The translations under genes and the position numbers were made by a program. A stretch of DNA of 64,000 bases from Paraspadella gotoi (Eukaryota > Animalia > Chaetognatha), in assembly GCA_051294375.1 (NCBI GenBank), contig CM119266.1, positions 10,639,571 to 10,703,570 of the forward strand, written 5' to 3'. The notes below the pieces were generated by a model that ran no database searches, had not been told where the DNA came from, and worked only from the letters and a program-made list of their open reading frames with translations. This document shows, piece after piece, positions 27,325 to 41,885 of this stretch (positions are counted from its first letter, which is position 1; every line of letters starts with the position of its first letter).

Positions 27325-30300
27325 TAATCGCGCAATTGCCGGACATATAGCAGGTATTTGTACAGCAGCAAGCTGATGTACATGTGACATTGCCTGCATT
27401 ATAAGTTATTCTTCCCTTTTTCTAAAATGATCCACAAAATCTCGGATGTAAATTTGGGATTTTGTATTGAAAATAAAAAATAAATGGCGATGATAAATTT
27501 TTTAGAAAGAAAGAAATAATAAGAATTTTTCAAAAATGAACGATTGTAAAGAGAGAAAGACAGAGAGAGAGAGAGAGAAGAGAAACAGAGAGAGACAAAG
27601 CTGGACAGCTGTGGAAGGCCGCTGTTACAGTCCATGCAGAGCATCGAACTCGTTGCAGAAATTTTTTTTTTTTTTTTTTTTTATTAATACCAAAAACAGT
27701 ATTGAAAAAAAAAAATATATATATATAATTAAAAAAAAAATAGAAAAAAAATATATATATATAATTTAAAGAAAATAAAAGAAAGGCAAAAATATGTTAC
27801 AATTGTTTACAATTGGAAATTTTTCCAATTTTTTCCAATCGCAGCTTGTAAAAGATTTTATTTTTATTTGTATTAAAATTAAGATATAGTTTCTCATTAA
27901 AAAGTTCCTTTGAGTTCCCATTTTTATTATAGATTTAAAAATTTTTTTGAATTTCATTTCAATATTATATACTGCAATATGTAAATTAGATTAAAGCATT
28001 TCTATATACTAATTTGGATATATAATGAGTACTATAATCTCATTTGCATATTGCAGTAAATCAAATGAAGTGGAAATTCAAACAAAAAATACTTAAATCC
28101 AAATGTAATAAGAAAATATCAAGCTATTTCAAGATGAGAAGCCATATCTAAATTTTTAACTTACTATGATCGCACACTTTTAAAACTTATCTATAATAAT
28201 AATTTTTTATTTAAAAAAAAACGGTAAGTCCAGCCAAAACTATAAAAGCGTAGTAGTTTTTATAAAAAAAGCGTGACGCCGACGACGACGACGACGACGT
28301 ACAAAGAAGCTACCCAATCAATATGAGCCTGAACCGGCTTCGCCGGTCAGTGGCTCGATAATAATATTGGAGAGGTTCTACAAATAGTAACCATGAGTAC
28401 TGCTAGTGTGCTCTAGCAAAATATGTATAAATTAGAATGTTCTTTTGTCTTAACATATTGTTTATATGTTAATAGGTTATAAAGGAAAAATGGAATATTT
28501 ATTTTAGAAGTACCAGAATGGCATAAGTTGCTAATCCACCGTTTGTGGATGAAGAGTCCCGGGGATCGAATCCGCGGAGATGATTATTTTAGTTTATCAA
28601 AATAAGTCTTCTTTCTATTGGAAAGCAAAGAATACGGAATCGAATTCCCACATATTAACGAAGTATAATAAACGAAGGAGTATAATAACAAAGTTTAAAA
28701 CATCAGAGGGATAGAAAGCAAGAATGAAATTTTTATACTTAACTATTTTTATAATTATTTCAATCACAAATTTATTTTAAAAAAAAGGATTTATTTAATA
28801 ACTTCAACAAACGGTTTAAATAACGGTAGTGGTGCTTTTATACAATTGAAACATTCTTTGAAATATTATTAACCACTTTATTGATAGGGAGCCAGATACT
28901 GTGGGAGTGAGGGAGTCTTGATTGAAAGCTTGCAGAGACCTGCTACGTCATTTCTTGTAATATATAAATATATATATATATATAAAAGAAAACAAAGTTT
29001 ATTTGTTACAAACAATGGGTTTTTATTCCAAAAAAAAGGACATGTTTCGACTCTAGTTTTTTCGAGACTTCACCAGCGCGTAATGAAGTTTCTTAGTTTT
29101 GAATCACTTCCCTGTATAAAAAAAAATAGCTGAAAAATCCGTAAGGCTCCATTTCTTGTGGAGGACCTGCTTCAACATCCTTCAAAAATATTAAGATATT
29201 GCTCAGATTGAATTTAACTTTTTTAAATATTTAGATATGATAAATGTTCAAGCCACATAATTATTTTTATTCAAATTTAAGAGTGGCTGCATTTATTGCA
29301 TTGACGAGCCACTTCAACATCCTCCAAAATCCAAGGAGAACTATCTCGAATTTTTGGACTTCTCGATGAAAAAATTCCATATGGTCTAAAATAACTTTTT
29401 TACCAAATTTGGTGCTGGTTATCCCTGAATAAGTTTTTTCCCCCTAAGAGACGCCAGTAAGAGTTTATTTATTAAATAAATTTATATCCGTTGTACCAAT
29501 TTCATAACACTAATTGAGCAAACTAATTAAGAAAAAATATATGAACTTTTACAAAAGCCAAAAAAGATTACAAAGCGGTAGCCGACCAAATCAAATTTTA
29601 ATGTGAACAGCATTAAACAAATCCATTATCGATATTCATTGTTAAAAATATTTTTTTTTGAAAAAATGTTCCGAACCATGAGTAATTCACTAATTTAAAT
29701 TATTATATTGCTAAATAGTATAGAAAATGTTTTGAATATTTTAAGTTTTATTAATTGATTATGATTTTATTTTTGATTCTGATTTTTAATTGCATTCTGA
29801 TTCTCATAACTTATGACATAAGTCATAATCGGTTTGCGAGAGTGTGACTTTTGTTTTATCAAATTTACAATTACATAATTCAACATTTCAACACATTTCG
29901 CAGAGTTGTTGTTTAAAAACTTTCGATGTTCTACTTTTTATTATCCTCATCTCAGGGCAAAACGTCGCCCTCAACCGACCGTCAACTAAACATTCGAGTG
30001 TTCTTTTGCCTCCTGCTGACACTTCCTGCAGTAACAAAGCGTTTACTCTCCGTATAAGATTTAACAAATTTCGAGTTTCTTCCAGAAATAATGTAATTTT
30101 GTTTACTTCGATTATTATCGGCGTAATCATATCCAGATAACGAGCGTTATTGCATTTAAGAAACGTAGCTACATCTATTTGTGGTGTAACGCGATTCGCG
30201 TTTCGTTGGTCAGAATTTTCTTTGTCGTACCTTTAGTCCGCCATTACTTGTTTTTCCTTGTTACGTTATTTACACATTATGTATTTGATATTCTTGTAAT

Positions 30301-30541
30301 AATTTAGATCAAACTCATCTTAAACAACCTGACAAAGTCCATTTTTATCGAACAAGTTATGAGCTGAAAAAATTCGCTATCAAATTTTTAATATTTGACC
30401 CGATTAATCTTTCCTACGGTAATAACTATCGACTATCGTCCTACACGCGCCTGGAATAAATAAAATAAAAAACATTTGCGAAAGAAAACGATCTGAATAT
30501 CTCGCAATGTGATCATCACATTGAAGAATAATAAAACCAAC

Positions 30542-33480
30542 ATGGAGAAGGATAGCAATGAAGAGCCTCCGAATTCCGAACTTATCTTGACTTGTCCAGA
30601 ATGTTCGTCCAAATTCTCTGATTCAACCGCCTTAACTCGACACATTCAGTCAACGCACAAGAGGTTTACCTGCGAAGTATGTCGCAAGTCGACATTTCCA
30701 TCCCTGATATTAATGCTGCGCCATCGAAGCTTGGAGCATTCGGCCGCGAAGAAGACTTCCGATGTTAATAATCACTCTAAAGCCGTCCCAGTTTCCGCCT
30801 TCAGATCGAAAAAGATGAAATGTGGTGTGTGCCAAGCTACGAAAAATACAAAGGCTGAATTGAGACTACATTATAAGAAGCTCACGGCTCGTTAGTGGAT
30901 AAGTTCTATCAATGCGCCAGTGTAACAGCGTCTTCGTCAGCAAGGACTCAGTTAAGGTTCATCGAAAGAAGGAACATGGGTTTTGGATAAAGATTCCATT
31001 TTAAATAGCGGTCCAGTAGCACTCAATTTGTTTGCACATTTTGTAGCTTCAAATCTCAGTCAAAAAAGAGCTTAAAGCTTCATCTGACTAATTTGCATAA
31101 AGGAAAAAGGGTGAAATGCTTCGAATGCGATACTTATTTTACGGATAACAGCGGTCTCAAGGGAAGAAAATTATGTGGGATTTGTCGTCATGGCACTCAA
31201 TACGTGCAAAGAAACTGGTTGTGACCGAGAATTCTACACAGAAGCAGCACTTCGTTCTCATATTGTCAGCAGTTCACCTTATTCATGAAACTCTTTGCCA
31301 ACTTGTGAACGTGTGTTTCGTAACCGAAGATGATGCTTAATCAACACGCCAATTCTGTTCATAACGGTATGCGTGCAGTGTGTAGCGCGTGCAACACGTT
31401 TTTTAAGACACACGATTGTTTTAAGGAGCATGACTGCCGCAATCAAAATTTGATAACGAGTCCGTGGAAACCTCAAACTCTCTGCTCCTAACCAAAAGCC
31501 CGAGGATTTATTAAAGTCTAAATTTACATGTTATAATTGCTGTAAAGTTTTGACACACAGATCTTATTACGAGAGCATGCTGATAATTGCTTATTAGATA
31601 ATGAAGCCAAAGATTTTGAAAAATAAGATACAATGAAAAAAACCTTACAGCGAAAAGACTGAAAACTGTGATGACATCACATCTGCTCATCAGAGCAATT
31701 ATGAATCTGAAATTCTGATTCCTTCCAAACCAACAGAAGAATTTTTCTCTCGAGGTCAAACCGGATTTCGCTGTCCTTCTTGCACTAAAGTTTGCAAATA
31801 CTTGTTCCAACTCAAGCAGCATTTTTCAGCTGCACATGAAGGAAAGCTCGTATTTCCTTGTCCGATGCCCCAATGTCAAAAAAGTTGCTTACCATCGCAC
31901 ATGTTCATGCCCATATGCCGACAGGTACATCAGAAAAAGAATGTAACTATTTATAAAATGCCCTGTATTGAACAAAAAAAAAATTAAATCTAACGCGGGT
32001 AGATCAAGATATTGCTGACTCTCAGCCTGTTAAAAAATGGTCTCAAAAAATAGAAAAAACGCTGTTAGTGAGAAAAAATGGGAAAAAAACTGGTTAACTT
32101 TACAACGTCAACAACTTGAAAAACTTAGTGGTGATGAAAGTTCAAAAGGTTATTCCTCCGCCGAGGAAAGAGAAAAGAATTGTCGCAAAAAAGCTGGATA
32201 AACTTCGTCGAAAGATACACAAAACGTGTAAGAAAAACCAATGCTTTTGAACCACCTGTTAATGATTTATCTTCGCAAAAATCGAATGAAACTATTTGTC
32301 AAGATTTAACTTCTGCATCTCTATCTAATTTGATGGAATCGAATTCGCAATTCCATCTGCAAAATCAAAGAATGTTAGTCGTCGATGGATGCAATCATGG
32401 CTGTATCGCAGCAACAGCTTTTACTAGAAAATGATGTTGTTCCAGATGATTTCGCTTGTACAATGGAATCTATTTTTGCTCCAAATCAATCTGAATCCAG
32501 TAAAGTAGGCCAAGAAAAATCGTTAAAACGGCTAGATTTACATTCTGAAGCTCTTGCTCACTCGAAAGCTTCAATCAAGGAAAAAGGTAAAAATAGTAAA
32601 AAGTGGGAACAGTCATGGATGAGAAAACAACAGCAATTATACGCCAAGATATCTCAAACGGAATAAAGACTCGGCAGACTTATATATGAGGACAGCGACT
32701 GGAATAAGAGTGATGAAACAAAGATTCAATGTCGAATGTCCACAGAGTTACCAGAAAGTGTTCAAGTCTTGCTACAGATGGCATTTTCACAATGGCAATG
32801 ATGCCCTTTCTATAGACACAGGCATTTGCCTTAGTGATAGTGGCTCTGAAATTCCTAATTTCGAGTTGCTCACATTCAAGAACTTTGTCTCCATTATTGG
32901 CAATGCAACCACCTGCCAACGAGAAAACGAGCCATCTAAGGAATTGGAAAATGCAAGCGAAAGCCAAATCGGCTTAGGGGATGTTGAAGATGAGATTCTA
33001 CAGGATTCTAGTAATTTCAAGCTAGCAATTTTGAACAGCCATCAAGATTTGGAATCTAAAGTTAGCTCTTCATCTAATAATAATTGCAATAATGATGAAA
33101 CTCATTTATGGAAATGAAACTTATTCTAAAAATCATGGCTGCCATGCCAAATACAAAAACCATATTAGCCAGCATGGGAATTATAGATTTTTGAAAATGA
33201 TATAGACTTTACTTGAATTAATAAATGGCTCTGTTGACTGAAGGCAAATACATCTGCTGGGCCATACTGATGATAATCATTTGGATTTTTCCAAAAAATT
33301 TTAGTTGATACAAAACTTGATATTTACGGAGATGTTCCTCACCTTCAAAGTCATCCTATTCAGAACAGCTACTTGTTATTACCCTCCTAGAACTAACAAC
33401 GATGATACTGAAAAAAGTATGATAGAAACCATGTTTTGACCGATTGATCGCGCAGAAAGAAATGAATGATATTGAACATG
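30542..33480 (+). pseudogene. Frameshifted, 3'-truncated copy of the C2H2 ZF gene (probably an assembly artefact)
   Basis: Matches 43344-46281 with many single-base indels. It stops at ...gatattgaacatg, then jumps to a copy of the 27436-27590 segment before the gap. Confidence 0.8.
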
Positions 33481-33623
33481 CAAAAATCTCGGATGTAAAT
33501 TTGGGATTTTGTATTGAAAATAAAAATAAATGGCGATGATAATTTTTTAGAAAGAAAGAAATAATAAGAATTTTTCAAAAAATGAACGATTGTACAGAGA
33601 GAGAAAGACAGAGAGAGAGAGAG

Positions 33624-33648
33624 NNNNNNNNNNNNNNNNNNNNNNNNN
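33624..33648. other. Assembly gap (25 N)
   Basis: 25 consecutive N. Confidence 1.
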
Positions 33649-36600
33649 ACGAAAGACGCTTGTTACACTGGCCGCATTGATAGAACTTAATCCACTAACG
33701 AGCCGTGAGCTTCTGATAATGTAGTCTCAATTCAGCCTTTGTATTTTTTCGTAGCTTGGCAACACACCCATTTCATCTTTTTCGATGCTTGAAAGCGGAA
33801 ACTGGGACGGCGTTTAGAGTGATTATTAACAATGCGGAAGTCTTTCTTCGCGGCCGAATGCTCCAGCTTCGATGGCGCAGGCATTAATTCAGGGATGGGA
33901 AATGTCCGACTTGCGACATACTTCGCAGGTAAGACCTCTTGTGCGTTGACTGAATGGTGTCGAGTTGAAGGGCGGTTGAATCAGAGAATTTGGGACCGAA
34001 CATTCCTGGACAAGTCAAGATAAAGTTCGGAATTCGGGAGGCTTCTTCATTGCTATCCTTCTCCCATGTTGGTTTTTATTATGTACTTCAATGTGATGAC
34101 TGCACATGCGAGTATATTCAGATCGTTTTCTTTCGGCAATCTGTTTTATTTTAGTTGTTTATTCCAGCGCGTTGTAGGGAGCATAGGGCGTACCGATCAG
34201 TTATTACGCGGGGTAGGAATAGATGTAATCGGGTCAAATATTAAAAATTGCTGATAGCGAATTTTTGTCAGCTGCATACTTGTTCGATAAAAATGGACTT
34301 GTGTGCAGGGTTGTTTAGTAGATGCAGTTTGTCTAAATTATGTACAGAATATCAAATACATAATGTGTAAATAAGCGTAAGCAAGGAAAAACAAGTAATG
34401 GCGGACTAAAAGTTACGAACAAAGAATTCTGCCCAACGCAAACGCCGAACGCGAATCGTTACACCACAAATACGTGTAGCCTAACGCGTTCTTAAAATGC
34501 AATAACGCTGCGTTATCTGGATATGATACGCAGCTCGATAATAATCGAAGTAAAACAAAATTTACATTATTTCTGGAAGAACTCAAATTTGTTAAATCTG
34601 ATACGGAGAAAGTAAACGCTTTTATGCAGGAAGTGTCAGCAGGTAGGCCAAAAGAACACTGGCGATGTTTAGTTGACGGTCGGTTGAGGCGACGTTTGCG
34701 CCTGAGATGAGGATAATAAAAAGTAGAACATCGGAAAGTTTTAAACAACAACTCTGCGAAATGTTGTTGAAATGTTGAAGTTATGTAATTGTAAATTTGA
34801 TAAAACAAAAAGTCACACTCTCGCAAACCGACTATGACTTATGTCATAAGTTATGAGAATCAGAATCAATTAAAAATCAGAAATCAAAAATCCAAAATCA
34901 TAATCAATTAATAAACTAAAATATTCAAAAAACATTTTCTATAAGCTATTTAACGGCAATATAAAATTTAATTAGTGGAATTACACTCATGGTTCGGAAC
35001 ATTTTTTCAAAAAAATATTTTAAACAATGAATATCGATAATGGATTTTGTTTAATGCTGTTCACATTTAAATTTGATTTTGGTCCGCTACCGCTTTTGTA
35101 ATCTTTTTTGGCTTTTGTAAAAGTTCATTATTTTTTCTTATTAGTTTGCTCAATTAGTGTTATGAAATTGGTACAACGGATATAATTTATTTAATAAATA
35201 AACTCTTACTGGCGTCTCTTAGGGGGAAAAAACTTATTCAGGGATAACCAGCACCAAATTTTGGTAAAAAAGTTATTTTAGACCATATGGAATTTTTTCA
35301 TCCGAGAAGTCCAAAAATTCGAGATAGTCTCCTTGGGATTTGGAGGATGTTGAAGTGGCTCGTCAATGCAATAAAATGCAGCCACTCTTAAATTTGAATA
35401 AAAATAATTATGTGGCTTGAACATTTATCATATCTAAAATATTTTTAAAAAAGTTAAATTCTAATCTGAGCATATCTTAATATTTTTGAAGGATGTTGAA
35501 GCAGGTCCTCCACAAGAAATGGAGCCTTACGGATTTTTCAGCTATTTTTTTTTATACAGGGAAGTGATTCAAAACTAAGAAACTTCATTACGCCTGGTGT
35601 AAGTCTCGAAAAAACTAGAGTCGAAACATGTCCTTTTTTTGGAATAAAAACCCATTGTTTGTAACAAATAAACTTTGTTTTCTTTATATATATATATATA
35701 TTTATATATTATCAAGAAATGACGTAGCAGGTCTCTGCAAGCTTTCAATCAAGACTCCCTCACTCCCACAGTATCTGGCTTCCCTATCAATAAAATGGTA
35801 TAATAATATTTCAAAGAATGTTTCAATTGTATAAAAGCACCACTACTTATTTAAACCGTTTTGTTGAAGTTATAAATAAATCCTTTTTTTTTAAAATAAA
35901 TTTGTGATTGAAATAATTATAAAAAATTAGTTAAGTATAAAAATTTCATTCTTGCTTCTTATCCCTCTGATGTTTTAAACTTTGTTATTATATACTCCTT
36001 CGTTTATTATACTTCGTTAATATGTGGGATTCGATTCCGTATTCTTTGCTTTCCAAAGAATGAAGACTTATTTTGATAAACTAAAATAATCATCTCCCGA
36101 TTCGATCCCGGGACTCTTCATCCACAAACGGTGGATTAGCAACTTATGCCATTCTGGTACTTCTAAAATAAATATTCCATTTTTCCTTTATAACCTATTA
36201 ACATATAAACAATATGTTAAGACAAAAGAACATTCTAATTTATACATATTTGCTAGAGCACACTAGCAGTACTTCATGGTTACTATTTGTAGAACCTCTC
36301 CAATATTATTATCGAGCCACGACCGGCGAAGCGGTTCAGGCTCGATATTGATTCGGGTCAGCTTCTTTGTCACGTCGTCTTCGTCGTCGTCGGCGTCACC
36401 GTTTTTTGTATAAAAAACTACTACGCTTTATAGTTTTGGCTGGACTTTACCGTTTTTTTTTTAAATAAAAATTATTAATTTATCACGATGAAGTTTTATA
36501 AAAGTGTGCGATCATAGTAAGTTAAAAATTTAGATATGGCTCTCATCTTGAAATAGCTCTGTATTTTTCTTATTACATTTTGGATTTAAGTATTTTTTGT

Positions 36601-37376
36601 TAATTTCCACTTCATTTTGATTTACTGCAATATGCAAATGAGATTATGAGTACTCATTATAGTATCCAAATTAGTATATAGAAATGCCTTAATCTAATTT
36701 AACATATTGCAGTATATAATATTGAATATGAAATTCAAAAAATTTTTTAAAAAATCTATAATAAAAATGGGAACTCAAAGGAACTTTTTAATGAGAACTA
36801 TATCTTAATTTTAATACAAATAAAAATAAAATCTTTTACAAGCTGCGATTGGAAAAATCTGGAAAAATTTCCAATTGTAAACAATTGTAACATATTTTTG
36901 CCTTTCTTTTATTTCTTTAAATTATATATATATTTATTTTTTTTCTATTTTTTTTTTAATTATATATATATATTTTTTTTTTTTTCAAATACTGTTTTTT
37001 TGGTATCTAATATTAAAAAAAAAAAAAAAAAAAATTTCTGCAACGAGTTCATGCTCTGCAGTGACTGTACAGCGGCCTTCCAGCAGCTGTCCAGCTTTGT
37101 CTCTCTCTGTTTCTCTCTCTCTCTCTCTCTCTGTCTTCTCTCTCTGTACAATCGTTCATTTTTTGAAAAATTCTTATTATTTCTTTTTCTAAAAAATTAT
37201 CATCGCCATTATTTTTATTTTCCAATACAAAATCCCAAAATTTACATCCGAGTTTTTGTGGATTCATTTTTAGAAAAAGGGAAGAATAACTTATAATGCA
37301 GGCAATGTCACATGTACATCAGCTTGCTGCTGTACAATACCTGCTATATGGTCCGGCAATTGCGCCATATTAATTT

Positions 37377-37407
<31 letters not shown>

Positions 37408-38750
37408 GTTTTTTTTTTTTTTTTAAGATCAAATGTAAAATATTAATTAATTATTAATTAATTAATTAATTTAATTGCATATATCAATTTTCTAAAAAAA
37501 AAAATAAATTTTTGTTATTATTTGTAACTATTGGACACGGTCCGGCCCACTTTTGGCAAATTTATGATAAAATAGAGTTGAGAAAGAAGATATAAGTCAA
37601 TTAAACATACTTTTTTGTTTTTCTGATAATTTTTACAATTCTAAATTTGTAAATTTTTTTAGTGTATATATTTATCATTTTTATCTTTTTTTAAAATATA
37701 ATTATTTGAGTTGGGATAAATATTTATAAACTTAGTTAAATATGCAAATATGAAAATTTTGACCCGGTCGGTTTCTTCTTAAAAAAAAGAACAATCTATA
37801 AATTTCATCAAGATTAAAACTTTTTTATAGAAAGGATAAAAGAGTTCGTCCCTACTCAGATTCGTCGAAAAACAAGTTCAGCGGCGGTCCAGCTTCTCTC
37901 TATCTTTCTCTCTCTCTCTCTCTCTTCTTTTTTTTTTCTATTTATTCCACCATTTATTCCGCGCTTTTTTTCTCAATACAAATATCCAAATTTACATCCG
38001 AGATTTTCGTAGATTTTTTTTCTTAAAAATTCTGATTATTCTTTATGATAAAAAAGAGTGAAAACTGACAGCCTCTCTCTCTCTCTCTCCATTCATACAT
38101 GCATTTGTTTGTTTTATTTACGATGAATGATTCATCGCGTCAATGAATAACTATATCGCAATCAATGAATGATTATCATCAAATCAAATTAATGATTATC
38201 ATCACATCAATGAATGACTATCATCGCATCAATCAATTTTGATTATCACAACATCAGTTATTTGTTATCATCGCATCAATTATGTATCTTGCACAATATT
38301 GGTTTACGCATCTATTTGGGTTACTATCGAAAACAGGCTCGATCCTTATGCTTTAAGATTTTTTCTTATCTTCTTTGATAAAGCTTATATTCTACAACCA
38401 GATATTCATCTTTACTGGTTAACGTTTCGTTTATTAATCATTGGCTTATTGTTATTAAATGTTTATTTGATAGTATTACTTTGTTATTGCCTTTACTTGT
38501 TTAAGACATATAGAATATCTATATGCTTATTTTATTAAGGTCCAGAATTTTAATGGCGACAAATTTAAGAAACTTTGTCTGAAACATTTTTAACTGAAGC
38601 GAAAACCGTTCCAAACAGATCCTTGAAATTAACAACTCATAAGTAAGACTCTACCCGTTTCCATCGAAGTTGGCGAATCCATCGATTCGCGCCACAATAC
38701 TAATAGTAATATTACTAATAAGTAATTACTAATTATAATTAGTACTAATT
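33649..38750 (-). repeat. Segmental copy B: inverted copy of about 38750-43741, including the first ~400 bp of the ZF CDS
   Basis: acgaaagacgcttgttacactgg at 33649 is the reverse complement of 43721-43741, with insertions. The whole arm mirrors 38.75-43.74 kb. Confidence 0.95.
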
Positions 38751-40061
38751 ATTAATTACTAATACTATTACTATTAGTAATACTAATTACTATTAGTATT
38801 TGTGGCGAATCGATGGATTCGCCAAACTCGATGGAAACGGCCGTAGAGTCTTACTTATGACGTGTTAATTCAAGGATTGTTTTGGAACGGTTTTCGTTCA
38901 GTAAAAAATGTTCAGAACAAAGTTCTTAATTTGTTCGCCATTAAAATCTGGAACCTTAATAAAATAAAGCATATAGATATTCTATATGCGTTACAAGTAA
39001 AGGCAATAACAAAGTAAATACATCAATTAATAACATTAATAACAATAAGGCAATGATTAATAAAACGAAACGTTTAACCAGTAAAGATGAATATCTGGTT
39101 GTAGAATATAAGCTTTATCAAAGCATAAAGAAAAAATCTTAAAAGCATAAGGATCGAGCCTGCTTTCGATAGTAAACCAAATATTGATGCGATGATAACC
39201 AAATATTGATGCGATGATAACCCAATAATTGATGCGATGATAACAAAATAACTGATGTGATGATAATCAAATGATTGATGCGATGATAGTCATTCATTAT
39301 GTGATGATAATCATTAATGATTTGATGATATCATTCATTGATGCGATGATAGTTATCCATTGACGCGATGAATCATTCATCGTAAAATAAACAAACAAAT
39401 GCATGTATGAATGAGAGAGAGAGAGAGAGAGGCTGGTCAGTTTCACTCTTTTTTATATAAAGAATAATCAGAATTTTTAAGAAAAAAAATCTACGAAAAT
39501 CTCGGATGTAAATTGGGATTTTGTATTGAAAAAAAAGCGCGGAATAAATGGCGGAATAAATAGAAAAAAAAAGAGAGAGAGAGAGAGAGAGAAAGATAGA
39601 GAGAAGCTGGACGCCGCTGAACTTGTTTTTCGACGAATCCTGAGTAGGGACGAACTCTTTTCCTTTCTATAAAAAAGTTTTTAATCTTGAATGAAATTTT
39701 AGTGTTCTTTTTTTAAGAAGAACCAGACCGAGGTCAAATTTCATATTTGCATTTTAACTAATTTATAAATATTTATCCCAACTCAAATAATTATTATTTT
39801 AAAAAAGATAAAAATGATTAAATATATACACTAAAAAAAAATTTACAAATTTAGAATTGTAAAAAATTATCAGAATAACAAAAAAGTAATGTTTAATTTG
39901 ACTATATCTTTCTTCTCAAACTCCTATTTTAGATATAATTTGCCAAAGTGGCCGACCGGCTCCAAAGTTACAATAATAAACAAAATTATTTTTTTTTAGA
40001 AATTATATATGCAATTAATTAATTAATTAATTATTAATTAATTAATTTTTTACATTTGATC

Positions 40062-40122
<61 letters not shown>

Positions 40123-41024
40123 TAATATGCGCAATTGCCGGACATATAGCAGGTATTTGTACAGCAGCAAGCTGATGTACATGTGACATTGCTGCATTAT
40201 AAGTTTATTCTTCCCTTTTTCTAAAATGATTCCACAAAATCTCGGATGTAAATTTGGGATTTTGTATTGAAAATAAAAAATAAATGGCGATGATAAATTT
40301 TTTAGAAAGAAAGAAATAATAGAATTTTTCAAAAATGAACGATTGTAAAGAGAGAAAGACAGAGAGAGAGAGAGAGAAGAGAAACAGAGAGAGACAAAGC
40401 TGGACAGCTGCTGGAAGGCCGCTGTACAGCCACTGCAGAGCATCGAACTCGTTGCAGAAATTTTTTTTTTTTTTTTTTTTTATTAATACCAAAAACAGTA
40501 TTGAAAAAAAAAAATATATATATATAATTAAAAAAAAATAGAAAAAAAATATATATATATAATTTAAAGAAAATAAAAGAAAGGCAAAAATATGTTTACA
40601 ATTGTTTACAATTGGAAATTTTTTCCAATTTTTTTCCAATCCAGCTTGTAAAAGATTTTATTTTTATTTGTATTAAAATTAAGATATAGTTTCTCATTAA
40701 AAAGTTCCTTTGAGTTCCCATTTTATTATAGATTTTAAAAATTTTTTTGAATTTATATTCAATATTATATACTGCAATATGTAAATTAGATTAAGCTTTC
40801 TATATACTAATTGGATACTATATGAGTACTATAATCTCATTTGCATATTGCAGTAAACAAAATGAAGTGGAAATTCAAACAAAAATACTTAAATCCAAAT
40901 GTAATAGAAAATATCAGAGCTTTTCAAGATGAGAAGCCATATCTAAATTTTAACTTACTATGATCGCACACTTTTATAAAACTTCATCGTGATAAATAAT
41001 AATTTTTATTTAAAAAAAAACGGT

Positions 41025-41168
41025 AAGTCCAGCCAAAACTATAAAAGCGTAGTAGTTTTTATACAAAAAAGGGTGACGCCGACGACGACGACGACGACGT
41101 GACAAAGAAGCTGACCCGAATCAATATCGAGCCTGAACCGGCTTCGCCGGTCGTGGCTCGATAATAAT
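41025..41168 (+). mobile_element. Possible Helentron/HINE (DINE-1-like) non-autonomous element end
   Basis: A (GAC)n microsatellite is followed by the nested hairpin atcgagcc-tga-accggcttcgccggt-cgt-ggctcgat. Also present in copies A (about 28230-28360) and B (about 36305-36445). Confidence 0.35.
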
Positions 41169-41313
41169 ATTGGAGAGGTTCTACAAATAGTAACCATGAA
41201 GTACTGCTAGTGTGCTCTAGCAAAATATGTATAAATTAGAATGTTCTTTTGTCTTAACATATTGTTTATATGTTAATAGGTTATAAAGGAAAAATGGAAT
41301 ATTTATTTTAGAA

Positions 41314-41385
41314 GTACCAGAATGGCATAAGTTGCTAATCCACCGTTTGTGGATGAAGAGTCCCGGGATCGAATCCGGGAGATGA
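41314..41385 (+). ncRNA. tRNA-like/SINE-head remnant (Pol III A-box and B-box-like)
   Basis: TGGCATAAGTTG (A-box-like), stem ATCCAC/GTGGAT, and T-arm-like TCCCGG-GATCGAAT-CCGGGA. No clean acceptor stem, so not a functional tRNA. Confidence 0.35.
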
Positions 41386-41841
41386 TTATTTTAGTTTATC
41401 AAAATAAGTCTTCTTTCTATTGGAAAGCAAAGAATACGGAATCGAATCCCACATATTAACGAAGTATAATAACGAAGGAGTATAATAACAAAGTTTAAAA
41501 CATCAGAGGGATAAGAAGCAAGAATGAAATTTTTATACTTAACTAATTTTTATAATTATTTCAATCACAAATTTATTTAAAAAAAAAGGATTTATTTAAT
41601 AACTTCAACAAACGGTTTAAATAAGGTAGTGGTGCTTTTATACAATTGAAACATTCTTTGAAATATTATTATACCACTTTATTGATAGGGAAGCCAGATA
41701 CTGTGGGAGTGAGGGAGTCTTGATTGAAAGCTTGCAGAGACCTGCTACGTCATTTCTTGTAATATATAAATATATATATATATATAAAAGAAAACAAAGT
41801 TTATTTGTTTACAAACAATGGGTTTTTATTCCAAAAAAAAG

Positions 41842-41885
41842 GACATGTTTCGACTCTAGTTTTTTCGAGACTTCACCAGCGCGTA
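41842..41885 (-). ncRNA. Degenerate type I hammerhead-ribozyme-like motif (Penelope-like element remnant)
   Basis: Minus strand reads gcgCTGGTGAagtctc...gagtCGAAACatGTC, then AATAAAA. The core is CUGGUGA instead of CUGAUGA. Copies at about 29038-29080 and 35590-35632. Confidence 0.5.

Larger units (their letters stand above)
25910..33480 (+). repeat. Segmental copy A (forward) of about 38750-46280
   Basis: Near-identical to 38.75-46.28 kb (e.g. gtggcgaatcgatggattcgcc at 25981 and 38802; ZF start at 30542 vs 43344), differing mostly by 1-nt indels. Confidence 0.95.

Noticed and set aside
30542-34070. Real ZF paralogues or programmed frameshifting in the duplicate copies
   Set aside because: Differences are almost only scattered single-base indels with few substitutions, which fits sequencing error rather than evolutionary decay or recoding.
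41314-41385. Functional tRNA gene
   Set aside because: There is no proper acceptor stem or 7-nt anticodon loop; kept only as a tRNA-like remnant.
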